From positions 2,818 through 66,817 of the IMG/VR virus record IMGVR_UViG_3300020195_000027: a stretch of DNA of 64,000 nucleotides; one strand, 5' to 3'. Both the position numbers and the translations under genes were made by a program. The notes under the pieces are model-generated. The model searched no databases and was not told the DNA's origin. It saw only the letters and a program-made list of their open reading frames with translations. Of the stretch, positions 48,177 to 57,591 are shown piece after piece. The stretch's first letter is position 1; every line of letters begins with the position of its first letter. Origin of the DNA: a virus.

Positions 48177-48392
48177 GTGGATGTTTCAAACAAAATAACT
48201 TGGTGGAAAACTGGTAATGCTACGTGGGAAACAAAACAAAATCAGCGTGGATATACTGGCGAAATAACCATAGGGGCCAAGCCGTCTCCTTATCAATTAC
48301 AAATAAATCCTGGTGCGCTAGTTAGCCAACACGAAACCCTCGGAATAGCAAAAAGTCACTTCAGGAAGTTTCTCTTCGATAAGCCCGTATAG
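48177..48392 (+). CDS. Hypothetical protein
   Basis: GTG start directly after the upstream stop. Confidence 0.45.
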   Translation: MDVSNKITWWKTGNATWETKQNQRGYTGEITIGAKPSPYQLQINPGALVSQHETLGIAKSHFRKFLFDKPV

Positions 48393-48636
48393 ATTCCTTA
48401 AGTGTTTCAAAAGTTTTTTTCTTGCAAAACCCTACTGTGCTTTGAACGTCTTCAGATTTACTAGCTGCAACAATACCAACCTTGGTGTAGAGATCCTGAA
48501 AAGAAATCATTATTCCCGAAAGGGCCTCTTCTGCTCCCCTTTTGATTTCCCAAGAAATCATTTTGTCTAATTCTTCGAGAGTTGCTCTTATTCCCATGTC
48601 TTCTAAATCATTCAGCCATCCCAACACTCTATTCAC
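48361..48636 (-). CDS. Hypothetical protein
   Basis: GGAGG RBS before a GTG start. Confidence 0.55.
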   Translation of the reverse strand: MNRVLGWLNDLEDMGIRATLEELDKMISWEIKRGAEEALSGIMISFQDLYTKVGIVAASKSEDVQSTVGFCKKKTFETLKESIRAYRRETS

Positions 48637-48758
48637 TCATCCTCCCTATTACCCAAAGCAAAATCATTGAGTTAAAAAGTAAGTTTGTCATCAACAAAAA
48701 CAACCTCTTCTTGATAATCTTTCCGCTGTTTTTTCCATTTCTGCCTCATCCATAAAAC

Positions 48759-48790
48759 TATAACTTTAATATTATACTTTTAAAGTTATA
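48759..48790. promoter_or_regulatory. Operator-like inverted repeat upstream of the HTH-methyltransferase unit
   Basis: TATAACTTTA-N12-TAAAGTTATA, a perfect 10-bp inverted repeat in an AT-rich divergent intergenic region. Confidence 0.65.
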
Positions 48791-48831
48791 AGTTTAAGGT
48801 TATACTAAGGCAGCAAGAAGGCAAGGGCAAT

Positions 48832-49101
48832 ATGGCTGAAAAGAGCAAGAAGAACGCTCCAAAAACAAAACTTAGATTTTCGGAGCTGCTGGGCGATCTT
48901 TCGATTGGACGGTTGGCCAAGGAGATAGGCGTTACCTATACCCAGCTCTACCCTTACAAAAAAGACGGAGCCAATCCGACGCTTTTTGTTCTGGAGCAGC
49001 TTGCCGAAGGACTCTCAAAACTTAAAAATCAGGATGTCTCGGTTATTGATTTGATCGAATCACCGAAGCAGAAAGGGAAGAAGAGAAACTTCCTGAAGTG
49101 A
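48832..49101 (+). CDS. Cro/C1-type HTH regulator, possibly an RM controller
   Basis: SIGRLAKEIGVTYTQL...ANPTL..LEQLA; directly precedes the methyltransferase. Confidence 0.8.
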   Translation: MAEKSKKNAPKTKLRFSELLGDLSIGRLAKEIGVTYTQLYPYKKDGANPTLFVLEQLAEGLSKLKNQDVSVIDLIESPKQKGKKRNFLK

Positions 49102-49140
49102 CTTTTTACTGTCCGCTGGACGGTTGCGTAGGGAGACAAA

Positions 49141-50457
49141 ATGCAGAAGCAAAGACTTGAACTAGACTGGATCGGCAAAGACGAAGAACCAAGACTTGAG
49201 CCACGTATTTTAATCCAAGATGGTGAACTCTCCTTCGGGGACGCCGACGGAAATAAGATTATCAACGGCGATAACCTGCTCGCTCTAAAGGCACTAGAGC
49301 AGGAGTATTCTGGCAAAATAAAGTTTGTCTATATTGACCCTCCCTACAACACGGGAAACACCTTCGAGCACTACGACGACAATCTTGAGCACTCAACTTG
49401 GCTCAATTTGATGAAACCTCGGTTACAGCTTTTGCGAAAACTTCTACGAAACGATGGCTTCATCTGTGTTCACATTGATGACGCGGAAGGAGCATACCTA
49501 AAAGTTCTACTCGACGAAGTTTTCGGCAGACCCAATTATCTAGCCACTTTCTATATCCAAGTCCGTTACCCTGAAAAGACACTCAAAGAGAACATGGCAT
49601 TTCACAAGGGAATCGAACAGGTTCATATCTACCGAAAGACGCCAGAGGCCCAGCCTATACGGAAGGCAATCACGAAGACCCTTGATAAGTTCTGTTGGTA
49701 TGTGGAGGAACTTGGCAAGGGCAAGGAACTCAATCTGGGCGGGAAGTCAGTAAAGGTTTTCAAGCCAGGAGAGTTTCGACTCACTGAGGGCGATGCCAAT
49801 GTCGACGGCCTAAAGGAAATATGGGCCGCAGGAACAATCCTTGATGGCAATTCTAGCGGTCGTTTCTTTCGGGATTTCCTGACAAACCGGAAGGAAAAAG
49901 ACGGATTAGGAGTCCTCTATAAGGTTGAAGGAATTGGCGATGACGGACTTGGGCACCGTTACTTTACTGGACCAGCGAGAGCATCAGCAACAAGGGGAAA
50001 ATACTTTCAAGGTGTGCCGGTAGACCAGAGGGAAACTGGACCCAAGACTAGCTTTGTCCCTATTGAGAACTATTATAATTTGGCAGCTGACTTCGGCAAT
50101 TGCCGACATGAGGGTGGAGTCGAGTTTCGTAGCGGAAAGAAGCCTGAAAAACTCTTGGCAATGCTCTTGGAACACTTCTCTGAAAAAGGTGATTGGGTGC
50201 TCGACTCATTTAGTGGATCGGGGACAACCGCCGCCGTCGGTCACAAAATGGGGCGAAAATGGATTGCGATAGAACTGAAAGACCATTGCATCACGCACAC
50301 CCAGAAACGCCTTCTAAATGTATGCACTGGACAGGATAAAACTGGTGTTTCAGAACAGTTCCAATGGACGGGCGGAGGTGGATTCACGTTCTATCGCCTA
50401 GCACCTTCGTTGTTGATGAAGGATTCCAAAGGAAATTGGATCTTCCCGCCGGCATAG
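49141..50457 (+). CDS. Type III Mod-like (beta-class) DNA methyltransferase, probably C-terminally truncated
   Basis: GDNLLALKAL, YIDPPYN, KKPEKLL and LDSFSGSGTTAA motifs; stops soon after GGGF.FY.LAPSLL.KD..GNW; no res gene follows. Confidence 0.88.
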   Translation: MQKQRLELDWIGKDEEPRLEPRILIQDGELSFGDADGNKIINGDNLLALKALEQEYSGKIKFVYIDPPYNTGNTFEHYDDNLEHSTWLNLMKPRLQLLRKLLRNDGFICVHIDDAEGAYLKVLLDEVFGRPNYLATFYIQVRYPEKTLKENMAFHKGIEQVHIYRKTPEAQPIRKAITKTLDKFCWYVEELGKGKELNLGGKSVKVFKPGEFRLTEGDANVDGLKEIWAAGTILDGNSSGRFFRDFLTNRKEKDGLGVLYKVEGIGDDGLGHRYFTGPARASATRGKYFQGVPVDQRETGPKTSFVPIENYYNLAADFGNCRHEGGVEFRSGKKPEKLLAMLLEHFSEKGDWVLDSFSGSGTTAAVGHKMGRKWIAIELKDHCITHTQKRLLNVCTGQDKTGVSEQFQWTGGGGFTFYRLAPSLLMKDSKGNWIFPPA

Positions 50458-50651
50458 TGCGGTGGATGATTTACAGGATCTTTTTCCATTAGAAAATTAT
50501 TATAGATGAGCTTTAATTTGGCAAGGGGACTGCCATTGAACGCACTATATAGTCCATTCTGCGTTAAAAGCCCCGCAATTCAAGGATAAGATAAAGATAT
50601 ACTTCACTATATATCATACAGTATATGTAGTGAAGTATAGGGGGGATTTAG

Positions 50652-50828
50652 ATGACCAGCAGAGAATGCCTAAACGAACAAAAGTTCGGAACAAGGATTG
50701 AGTACTGTCTTGAAAATTACCACGTTCCAGCATGGCGATATGAGAAGGATACTGACCACCCAGGATCAAATCGTCTCAAGCATCCAGGTAACTGCGGATG
50801 CGGAAAGTGCGTTAATGGACAAAAGTGA
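50652..50828 (+). CDS. Small Cys-rich protein (58 aa), not in the ORF track
   Basis: GGGGGA RBS; MTSRECLNEQ...HPGNCGCGKCVNGQK. Confidence 0.5.
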   Translation: MTSRECLNEQKFGTRIEYCLENYHVPAWRYEKDTDHPGSNRLKHPGNCGCGKCVNGQK

Positions 50829-50988
50829 CAAAGACATTCTCCGTGATGTCAGGCTTATCCAAACAGCTCTTGATAGGCTGTATGATAAAGTTCCCAAGAT
50901 TGCGTACATGAATTGTTATTGTCTAAGGCAAGCTTCTAAAGATTTGCAGCATTACATTGATGAGCTGGAAGGGAAGATTAAAAAATGA
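50815..50988 (+). CDS. Small hypothetical protein (likely real start of track ORF 50698..50988)
   Basis: ATG overlaps the end of the previous small ORF; helical. Confidence 0.45.
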   Translation: MDKSDKDILRDVRLIQTALDRLYDKVPKIAYMNCYCLRQASKDLQHYIDELEGKIKK

Positions 50989-51054
50989 ACATAGAAAAAG
51001 AAATCAACCATATAACGCACTAAGATTTCTTTGGCACATCGCTTGGCTTACAAG

Positions 51055-51126
51055 GGGACTGCCTGCTTGCCCTTTAATCTGTTCTAGACTCTAGAAGGGA
51101 GGGCAAGTATGGGCTGTGGCAGTCCC
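51055..51126. other. Long interrupted hairpin between convergent transcription units
   Basis: Nested stems GGGACTGCC/GGCAGTCCC, TGCTTGCCCT/AGGGCAAGTA and TTCTAG/CTAGAA. Confidence 0.65.
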
Positions 51127-51276
51127 AATACGATTATCGGCGATCCTACGTCTGAGAAGAATGGGAAAAATAGCCCTACTTCCTATTTATTTTTCTGGAA
51201 ATCTTTTGAGTTTTAATCAATTTACGCCTCTTAGCTTTCTTCTTATTCGCTTGGAGCCACCTGTTCTTGGTTTTGT

Positions 51277-52617
51277 TTACTTTAGAAATGATGCTACCTC
51301 GACTTCGTAAGTAGAGAAGTCCTTCGTCCCATCGACAAATTCAATCCTTGGAACCATTACTGTGTGATAAGTTGATCCCATTTCTTCAATTAGGATCCAT
51401 GAACGATTTCCGCCGTCTTCTTTATTTAAATCAATTACTGCGGCCGCAGTTGTCCCCGATCCGCCGAAATAGTCCATCACACGCGCGTCCTTTTTCGGAA
51501 ACGCTTTGATCAGTTCTTTGATGAATGCGACAGGCTTGGGAGTAGAGAATTCGACTCCGGGCGGAAGATCCTTTTGCCCACCGTAACCGGTTTTAATCAC
51601 CGACGGCAAGCTCTGTTCCATTTTCTCGTCTAGATATTGCAACTTGCGAGGTACGGTTGTTTCGTTGGAACCATATACGATTTGTCCAGCAATGACGAAC
51701 CCATCACCAACTACAATTTCTTTTTCTTTGTAGTCGGCCATCCTAAGAAGTGTTTCTTCTGACCACTTCCAGCCCTTTGCAGGAACCTCACAAGATTTCT
51801 TGGTAACCGGATGTTTTAGCTTGTAGTGCGATCTGCTTTTCGGCTTATCGTGTGCGCAGCTCGGCGTAGATTGAAAAGGTCGAAAGGTCTTAGGGTGCAA
51901 CATCTTGTATGGAGATTCACCCGAGCTGATCAACCCGGCTTTCTCGGATTCTGAAATCCATTTTTTGAAGACTTTTTGCGCTTCACTATATGATAGGCCG
52001 AACTTTTTAAGTTCCAGCGCTTTTTCGATCATCATTTTTGCTGCTGGTTTTTCTTTCACCAACGAATGTGCTTCGCGCGCATTTTTTCCGTAGACTAGAA
52101 CGTATTCATGCACGGCGGTGAGGTGTCGGCCCGCGGAACCTTGGCTTTTATCCCAAATAACTGTGCCTAAGCAGTTATCTTCACCAAAAATTTGGTCCAT
52201 TAAAATTTTGAGACGGCAGAATTCGCCATCGCAAATATTAATCATCATTACGCCATTATCGGTGAGAAGCTGACGTCCTATTTTCAAGCGAGGCTCCATA
52301 AAGTCGAGAAAAGCACCATGATCACCAGCCCAGTCACGCTCTTTTTCAGACTGACCTTTCCACACATTTCGATACCCCTGATCACCACCTACGTTGTAGG
52401 GAGGGTCGATCACGATGAGGTCAACTTTTAAACTATCTTGAGCAGTTCCGAAGCCTGCTTTAAGCGCAGCGAGAGCCGTGAGATTTTCGCCGAAGATCGC
52501 CATATTTTCGCTGCTCTTACGTCCACCTGTTCGTCTAATTAAGCTCATTTTTGCTTTCCCCTTCACAAATTCCGTTAAACTTTCGCGTGGCTTAAATTGA
52601 AGTACAGCATCACCCAT
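51277..52617 (-). CDS. Beta-class (Mod-like) N6/N4 DNA methyltransferase, orphan
   Basis: FGENL.AL, VIDPPYN, FSTPKPV and MDYFGGSGTTAA motifs. Confidence 0.9.
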   Translation of the reverse strand: MGDAVLQFKPRESLTEFVKGKAKMSLIRRTGGRKSSENMAIFGENLTALAALKAGFGTAQDSLKVDLIVIDPPYNVGGDQGYRNVWKGQSEKERDWAGDHGAFLDFMEPRLKIGRQLLTDNGVMMINICDGEFCRLKILMDQIFGEDNCLGTVIWDKSQGSAGRHLTAVHEYVLVYGKNAREAHSLVKEKPAAKMMIEKALELKKFGLSYSEAQKVFKKWISESEKAGLISSGESPYKMLHPKTFRPFQSTPSCAHDKPKSRSHYKLKHPVTKKSCEVPAKGWKWSEETLLRMADYKEKEIVVGDGFVIAGQIVYGSNETTVPRKLQYLDEKMEQSLPSVIKTGYGGQKDLPPGVEFSTPKPVAFIKELIKAFPKKDARVMDYFGGSGTTAAAVIDLNKEDGGNRSWILIEEMGSTYHTVMVPRIEFVDGTKDFSTYEVEVASFLK

Positions 52618-53080
52618 TTGCGACCTCCTTGGTTTCGTTGACTGAAATCAGTATACCCTTTCTTATTAACTCCAAAGCATCTGAAACCATGAAAGACTTA
52701 GTGCAGAATATGTTTCCTCTAACCGAACACGCCGCCACCATTTTACACGCAAAATGATCCTCAAACGATTGTCCGTAGGTTCTTTTAAGTAACTTTGCAA
52801 TATCACCTCTGGGAGATCCTGCAATTATGCTGTCTAAATGCCTCTGTAGTGCGCCTTTAATGTCCTCCCCTGCGTGTCTGTTGATTGCAATTTGAGCAAG
52901 CTCTAGGGCTATTTTAGAGCATATTTCGGGTGGCATAACTGATCTGGCTACCCAAAATCTATCAATCTCAGGTATTGACGCGTCGTTTATTATGTCAACC
53001 AGGTCTGAGACTTCGCCGTATTTGTCCCATTTGCTGGTGTCATAGCAAGAATTTTTTAGTTGCTCTCTGGTAACCTTCAT
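52610..53080 (-). CDS. Hypothetical phage protein
   Basis: Overlaps both neighbours; AAGGA RBS. Confidence 0.6.
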   Translation of the reverse strand: MKVTREQLKNSCYDTSKWDKYGEVSDLVDIINDASIPEIDRFWVARSVMPPEICSKIALELAQIAINRHAGEDIKGALQRHLDSIIAGSPRGDIAKLLKRTYGQSFEDHFACKMVAACSVRGNIFCTKSFMVSDALELIRKGILISVNETKEVANG

Positions 53081-53316
53081 TGTGTTTCCTTCATATTTCT
53101 AAAAACTGGATACTCTCCATCCTCCCTTGGATAAAGATGGACTAGCTCTCCCTGATGAAATTTGAATACAGGATTTCTCAAATCATAAACAAAACATTCA
53201 GACATGTAAACACAATGTAGCCCTGCAAGGGTTATCGCATCAATAAAGTGTAAACCACCGTCTATTTTACTACAAACCATCCCGGGGTGCAAAACGTATC
53301 TTTTCAATAGCCTCAT
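53077..53316 (-). CDS. Hypothetical phage protein
   Basis: ATGA overlaps at both ends. Confidence 0.55.
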   Translation of the reverse strand: MRLLKRYVLHPGMVCSKIDGGLHFIDAITLAGLHCVYMSECFVYDLRNPVFKFHQGELVHLYPREDGEYPVFRNMKETQ

Positions 53317-53534
53317 TTGTTTTTATAACCAAAAGCCCCACCTACTGCTGAATATCTCGCTGAGTGGGCGTGAAGAAGGTAGGTCCACGCAATGTTCATT
53401 GTGATAATGAAGAGTTCGGCTTTGAACTGGATCGTCGGATTATTATAAATCTGCACGGCTGCAAGGGCGGCCTCGCGGGATTTCTGGAGCAGCTCATCGG
53501 CGATAGATTTTACCCTGCGCTTGCGTGCCGTCAT
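53313..53534 (-). pseudogene. Truncated DUF3644-like gene (N-terminal fragment)
   Basis: ELLQKSREAALAAVQIYNNP...FKAELFII.MNIAWTYLLHA matches my recollection of the DUF3644 N-terminus; the ORF then runs into unrelated sequence. Confidence 0.65.
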
Positions 53535-53609
53535 TACGATATCCCCGCAATGGAAAGTTCACCGGATAGGAGACGAGGCAGCAGAAGGTCTCTTGTATTG
53601 GATAGAGTC

Positions 53610-54923
53610 TTACTCTCCTCTAGGTTTTGGTGAAGCAATCGGACATTCTGCTCCCTCCGATGAAGAGGCAGCAAGCCGAAACAGAAGGCGAGGGAGAAGT
53701 AGGTCACGCGCTTGCGCTAGAGTGGTAGATTCGATTGAGTTAGCGCGCATCATTTGAAACATCGGCTTTACCAAAGTACCGAAGGCCGTCGCGACAGCTT
53801 GAGTTGGCTTTGCAAATGAAAAGCGGCTTAGGCAACTCTCTGGCACTCTCTGCCTGCCAGAGGAACCGGACATGTTGGTCATTAAGTGGGTACGGAAACT
53901 TTCTTCCCTGGCTAGTAGATACGATGCCTCAAGTGGGAGTGGATCTCTTGATCTGAGGACGATGAACTCAGTAGAGCCCCAGCCGACCTGGCTATCATCC
54001 AAGTAATCGACGAAAGCTGTTTTGCCGTTTTCGAGGCATGGAGTGATGCGCGCTATCAACGTATCACCATTTGAGAAGCGGGAACCAGACGTAAACTCTC
54101 TGAGTCTGCCTCCAGAGACGCTCATCGAACCCATAGGCAGATCGGCCATCTCGGTATATGGAAATTCTGCGCCTTTGGTCAAACTATACCTCGGGTTTAC
54201 CTCGAATAGTTCGCTGACGACTCCAGCACTCCACCCTTTCGGAATCTCGCCCATCTCCGACTTCTCGAAACTGTCGGGGAAGAGCGCGGTGGCGTCATCC
54301 ATGCCGAAGGGTTTCTTGACTTGTCGCTTGGCGTGGACCGGGTCGAAGTCGATGAACCAGGACTTGAAGATCGCGCGGGCCATCTGCTCCAGCGTCTCGT
54401 TCATCTTGCGGTTGAGTTCGATCTTGTCGTCGAGCAGCTTCAGTGCGCGAGCTACTCTCTCTTGGTCTTTCAATGTTGGAAGTACGAGAGGCATTTTCTT
54501 AGCAGACTCAACATTAAAGTGTTGCTGTACGGCGCCCACTAGGTGACTGGCCACATGATGTGCCCCAGTGCAGTTAATAAAATAGGCTAACCAATAGGGG
54601 TTTACTTTTTTCCCAGGCCTTATAACCACCAAATCAGAACAGTTTGCATCGTTGAGCCATTCCGGGATTACAACTGCAGCACCTGGCTTTCCAGTTCTTA
54701 CAACAACTACATCACCAGGCTTAAGCTGCGATTTTTTGAGTTTTTGATGGAACTCTTGGCTAATGTACTTGAGGCCATTCTTCTTTATGTTTAGCGGTTC
54801 AATATTTAGAGAGCGAAGGAACGGAACCCCAGTGTCGACATATTCACTTGCCATTGAACCAACGAAACCAACTGTGATCTCATCGACAACTTCGCCAAGA
54901 GTGGTGCTTTTTTCACTGGTCAC
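53610..54923 (-). CDS. hsdS: Type I RM specificity subunit
   Basis: Two target recognition domains; [35 protein letters not shown] spacer, IPKGW and RDLLLPRL. Confidence 0.93.
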   Translation of the reverse strand: MTSEKSTTLGEVVDEITVGFVGSMASEYVDTGVPFLRSLNIEPLNIKKNGLKYISQEFHQKLKKSQLKPGDVVVVRTGKPGAAVVIPEWLNDANCSDLVVIRPGKKVNPYWLAYFINCTGAHHVASHLVGAVQQHFNVESAKKMPLVLPTLKDQERVARALKLLDDKIELNRKMNETLEQMARAIFKSWFIDFDPVHAKRQVKKPFGMDDATALFPDSFEKSEMGEIPKGWSAGVVSELFEVNPRYSLTKGAEFPYTEMADLPMGSMSVSGGRLREFTSGSRFSNGDTLIARITPCLENGKTAFVDYLDDSQVGWGSTEFIVLRSRDPLPLEASYLLAREESFRTHLMTNMSGSSGRQRVPESCLSRFSFAKPTQAVATAFGTLVKPMFQMMRANSIESTTLAQARDLLLPRLLFRLAASSSEGAECPIASPKPRGE

Positions 54924-56512
54924 TTAATCAGCTCCAGAGTTTTAGTGATTTGATTGCCAAGCGTTTGGCCATCTTTTATTAGAGAAATTAGTGAGCCTTT
55001 TAGGGCCAAAAATCGCTCTTCAAATGGGCCCCCGTCATCAATGATGTCCTCTGCTCCTACAAAGCGCCCCGGAGTAAGTACATATCCATGGCCCTTGATC
55101 TCCTCTAGCGTGGCACTCTTGCAGTAACCCTTAACATCTTCATATTTGCCAGCACCCTTGTCGCCACGCCAAGCATGATAGGTAGCGCCGATTTTCTCGA
55201 TCTCTTCCGTTGTGATCTCTGCATGTGAGCGTTCAACCATCTTCCCCATCTTGCGGGCATCGATGAACAGCGTCGTGCCTCGTCGATCACGGAACTTGTG
55301 GTTCTTGCGGTCACGAGCCAAAAACCAAAGACACACGGGGATCTGGGTCGAGTAAAAAAGCTGGCCTGGTAGGGCTACCATGCAATCGACCATATCGTTC
55401 TCGATCAACGATTTTCTGATTTCGCCTTGACCTGACTGGTTGGACGACATCGAACCGTTCGCCAGAACGAAACCTGCCGCGCCTGTCGGCGATAGGTGAT
55501 GAATGAAGTGTTGGACCCAGGCAAAGTTGGCGTTTCCAGACGGAGGCGTTCCGTACTTCCAACGGATGTCTCCCTTCAGTCTGTCGCCGCCCCAGTCGCT
55601 GTCATTAAACGGAGGGTTTGCGATCACGTAGTCGGCTTTCAGATCAGGATGTAGGTCACGATGGAAAGTGTCGGCATTCTCACTCCCCAGATTGGCTTCG
55701 ATGCCACGAATTGCGAGGTTCATCTTCGCGAGCTTCCAAGTTGTTGGGTTCGACTCTTGACCGAAGACGCTGATGTCGCCGAGCTTACCGCGGTGAGCCT
55801 CGACGAACCTCTCTGACGACACAAACATCCCGCCTGAACCGCAAGCGGGGTCATAAACACGACCCTTGTACGGAGCCAACATTTCGACGAGTAGCTTGAC
55901 GATGCAACCAGGGGTATAGAACTGGCCGCCGCGTTTACCTTCGGCGCTCGCAAACATCGAGAGAAAGTATTCGTACACGCGGCCCAAGAGATCCTTCGAC
56001 CTTGACTGCTTGTCACCCAAGCCGATGGAGCCGATGAGGTCCATGAGTTCTCCGAGCCTTGTCTTATCGAGACCTGGCCGTGCGTAGTCCTTCGGGAGAA
56101 CTCCCTTCAGCGTCGGGTTCTCCTTCTCGACCGCGATCATGCCATCGTCGATGAGTTTTCCGATGTTAGGTTGCTTGGCTTTGGCTTGCAGATCCGTCCA
56201 ACGGGCGCTTTTGGGGACCCAGAAGATGTTCTTGGGCTTGTACTCGTCACGGTCTTCTGGATCAGCGCCCGACTTTGCGTTGGCCTTAAGCTCGGTGTGA
56301 AGCTCCTCGAATGCGTCCGAAATGTACTTGAGGAAGATAAGTCCCAAGACGACGTGCGTGTATCCCGCCGCGTCCATATTAGCGCGGAGCTTAGCGGCGG
56401 CAGCCCAGAGCGTTGCCTCAAACCCGAGCTGTGCGTTTCCGTTTGCTGCTCTGCCGTTCTTCTTCGGTTTTGTCTCAGTCTTGCTTTTTTCTGTTTTTTT
56501 GGTCTTCGCCAT
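54920..56512 (-). CDS. hsdM: Type I RM methyltransferase subunit
   Basis: [28 protein letters not shown] and ANPPFN motifs. Confidence 0.95.
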   Translation of the reverse strand: MAKTKKTEKSKTETKPKKNGRAANGNAQLGFEATLWAAAAKLRANMDAAGYTHVVLGLIFLKYISDAFEELHTELKANAKSGADPEDRDEYKPKNIFWVPKSARWTDLQAKAKQPNIGKLIDDGMIAVEKENPTLKGVLPKDYARPGLDKTRLGELMDLIGSIGLGDKQSRSKDLLGRVYEYFLSMFASAEGKRGGQFYTPGCIVKLLVEMLAPYKGRVYDPACGSGGMFVSSERFVEAHRGKLGDISVFGQESNPTTWKLAKMNLAIRGIEANLGSENADTFHRDLHPDLKADYVIANPPFNDSDWGGDRLKGDIRWKYGTPPSGNANFAWVQHFIHHLSPTGAAGFVLANGSMSSNQSGQGEIRKSLIENDMVDCMVALPGQLFYSTQIPVCLWFLARDRKNHKFRDRRGTTLFIDARKMGKMVERSHAEITTEEIEKIGATYHAWRGDKGAGKYEDVKGYCKSATLEEIKGHGYVLTPGRFVGAEDIIDDGGPFEERFLALKGSLISLIKDGQTLGNQITKTLELIK

Positions 56513-56515
56513 TAT

Positions 56516-56728
56516 TCACTTCTCCGTTGCAAATTCACGTTGTCCGTCAGGGGAGGCACTGCCACGCAGGACCCACGCATCGATCTCCGACGCCCGGAAC
56601 TTCCAGAGCTTCCCGACCCGATGGGCTGGGATCTTTTTCTTTTCCAGCCATCGGTACACGGTTTCTTTAGAGACCCTCAGATAGACGGCAATTTCCTCAA
56701 CCGAGAGCCAAGATTCTAGTTCCGTCAT
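56516..56728 (-). CDS. Excisionase-family HTH DNA-binding protein
   Basis: WLSVEEIAVYLRVSKETVYRW....IPAHRVGKLWKF; GGAGG RBS at the ATG 56728, with an in-frame upstream GTG at 56782. Confidence 0.88.
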   Translation of the reverse strand: MTELESWLSVEEIAVYLRVSKETVYRWLEKKKIPAHRVGKLWKFRASEIDAWVLRGSASPDGQREFATEK

Positions 56729-56791
56729 TAGTTCCTCCGAAATGGATAATATTGCATCAATCGCGTGTGCCGATTCGTACACAAAGTCCTC

Positions 56792-57013
56792 CTAGTTTGG
56801 TTTTCGTTTCTTATTTTTTAAAAACTCTGTGTTCCTTGCAAATGAAATCGGTTCATTCGCCTTTGCAAAATCAATGGGCTTCGCTCTTTCGGCTAGAGTC
56901 TGCCGCACGTTCGATTCTCTATACGTTTGATATATGTGTGCTGAACAAACAAGGACGGCGGCTGCCGTAATAGCTGCCAATCCGTGCTTATTAATCTCAA
57001 GTTCTATTTTCAT
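56792..57013 (-). CDS. Small membrane protein
   Basis: One hydrophobic segment. Confidence 0.5.
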   Translation of the reverse strand: MKIELEINKHGLAAITAAAVLVCSAHIYQTYRESNVRQTLAERAKPIDFAKANEPISFARNTEFLKNKKRKPN

Positions 57014-57063
57014 ATTATCTTTCTATATTAGAGCAGTTTTAAAACGCACTCAGGTTATTTGTT

Positions 57064-57591
57064 TTATTCCAAACCCAATTGATCTGCTGCGGTTTCGTTT
57101 TTTATGTTTTTTATTTCTTTTAATAGATCCAGCCTTCTTGTTTTTCTGTGTAGCTCATGGTGATGATCTTTGCAAAGCCACATTACGTTCAGGTGATTAA
57201 TATAATCTTCGTGGTGCGCCTGAACCTTAACTTCCCCACAAACCTCACATGGTTTTTTTATTATATCCCCTGCGCCTACCGCCATCTTTGTTTTCTGTCT
57301 TGTTAAATATTTTGATCTGTGTTTAACCCTGTTGTTTACGCTTCTTTTATTGAGGGCGGCCCTTCCCTTGTCTGTATTCTGGTTTTTTTTTGTTCTTTTC
57401 AAAACATTATCTTTGTTAGCCAAATATCTATCCCTAGAGTGAAGCCTTCTTTCTAATCTGTTTTTTTTGCTGTATTTGTTCCAGCTAATTCTTTCACTAG
57501 CATTTACGCAATAAGGAGAACAATATTTAGTTCTGCTGTGATAAGAAACGAATCTGACTGCACAAATATGACAACTAATTTTTTTTATCAC
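57064..57591 (-). CDS. HNH-like endonuclease with an N-terminal Zn finger
   Basis: CHIC..YCSPYC; CEVCG...QAHHEDY...VMWLCKDHH. Confidence 0.75.
   Translation of the reverse strand: MIKKISCHICAVRFVSYHSRTKYCSPYCVNASERISWNKYSKKNRLERRLHSRDRYLANKDNVLKRTKKNQNTDKGRAALNKRSVNNRVKHRSKYLTRQKTKMAVGAGDIIKKPCEVCGEVKVQAHHEDYINHLNVMWLCKDHHHELHRKTRRLDLLKEIKNIKNETAADQLGLE

Noticed and set aside
54022-56719. Long alternative ORFs over hsdS/hsdM (54022..54546, 56171..56719 and others)
   Set aside because: These are shadow ORFs expected in GC-richer coding DNA. Unlike the intein antisense ORF they show no recognisable motifs or RBS.
56516-56782. Prophage excisionase or attachment site
   Set aside because: No integrase or att-like context in the window; such HTH genes commonly precede hsdM.
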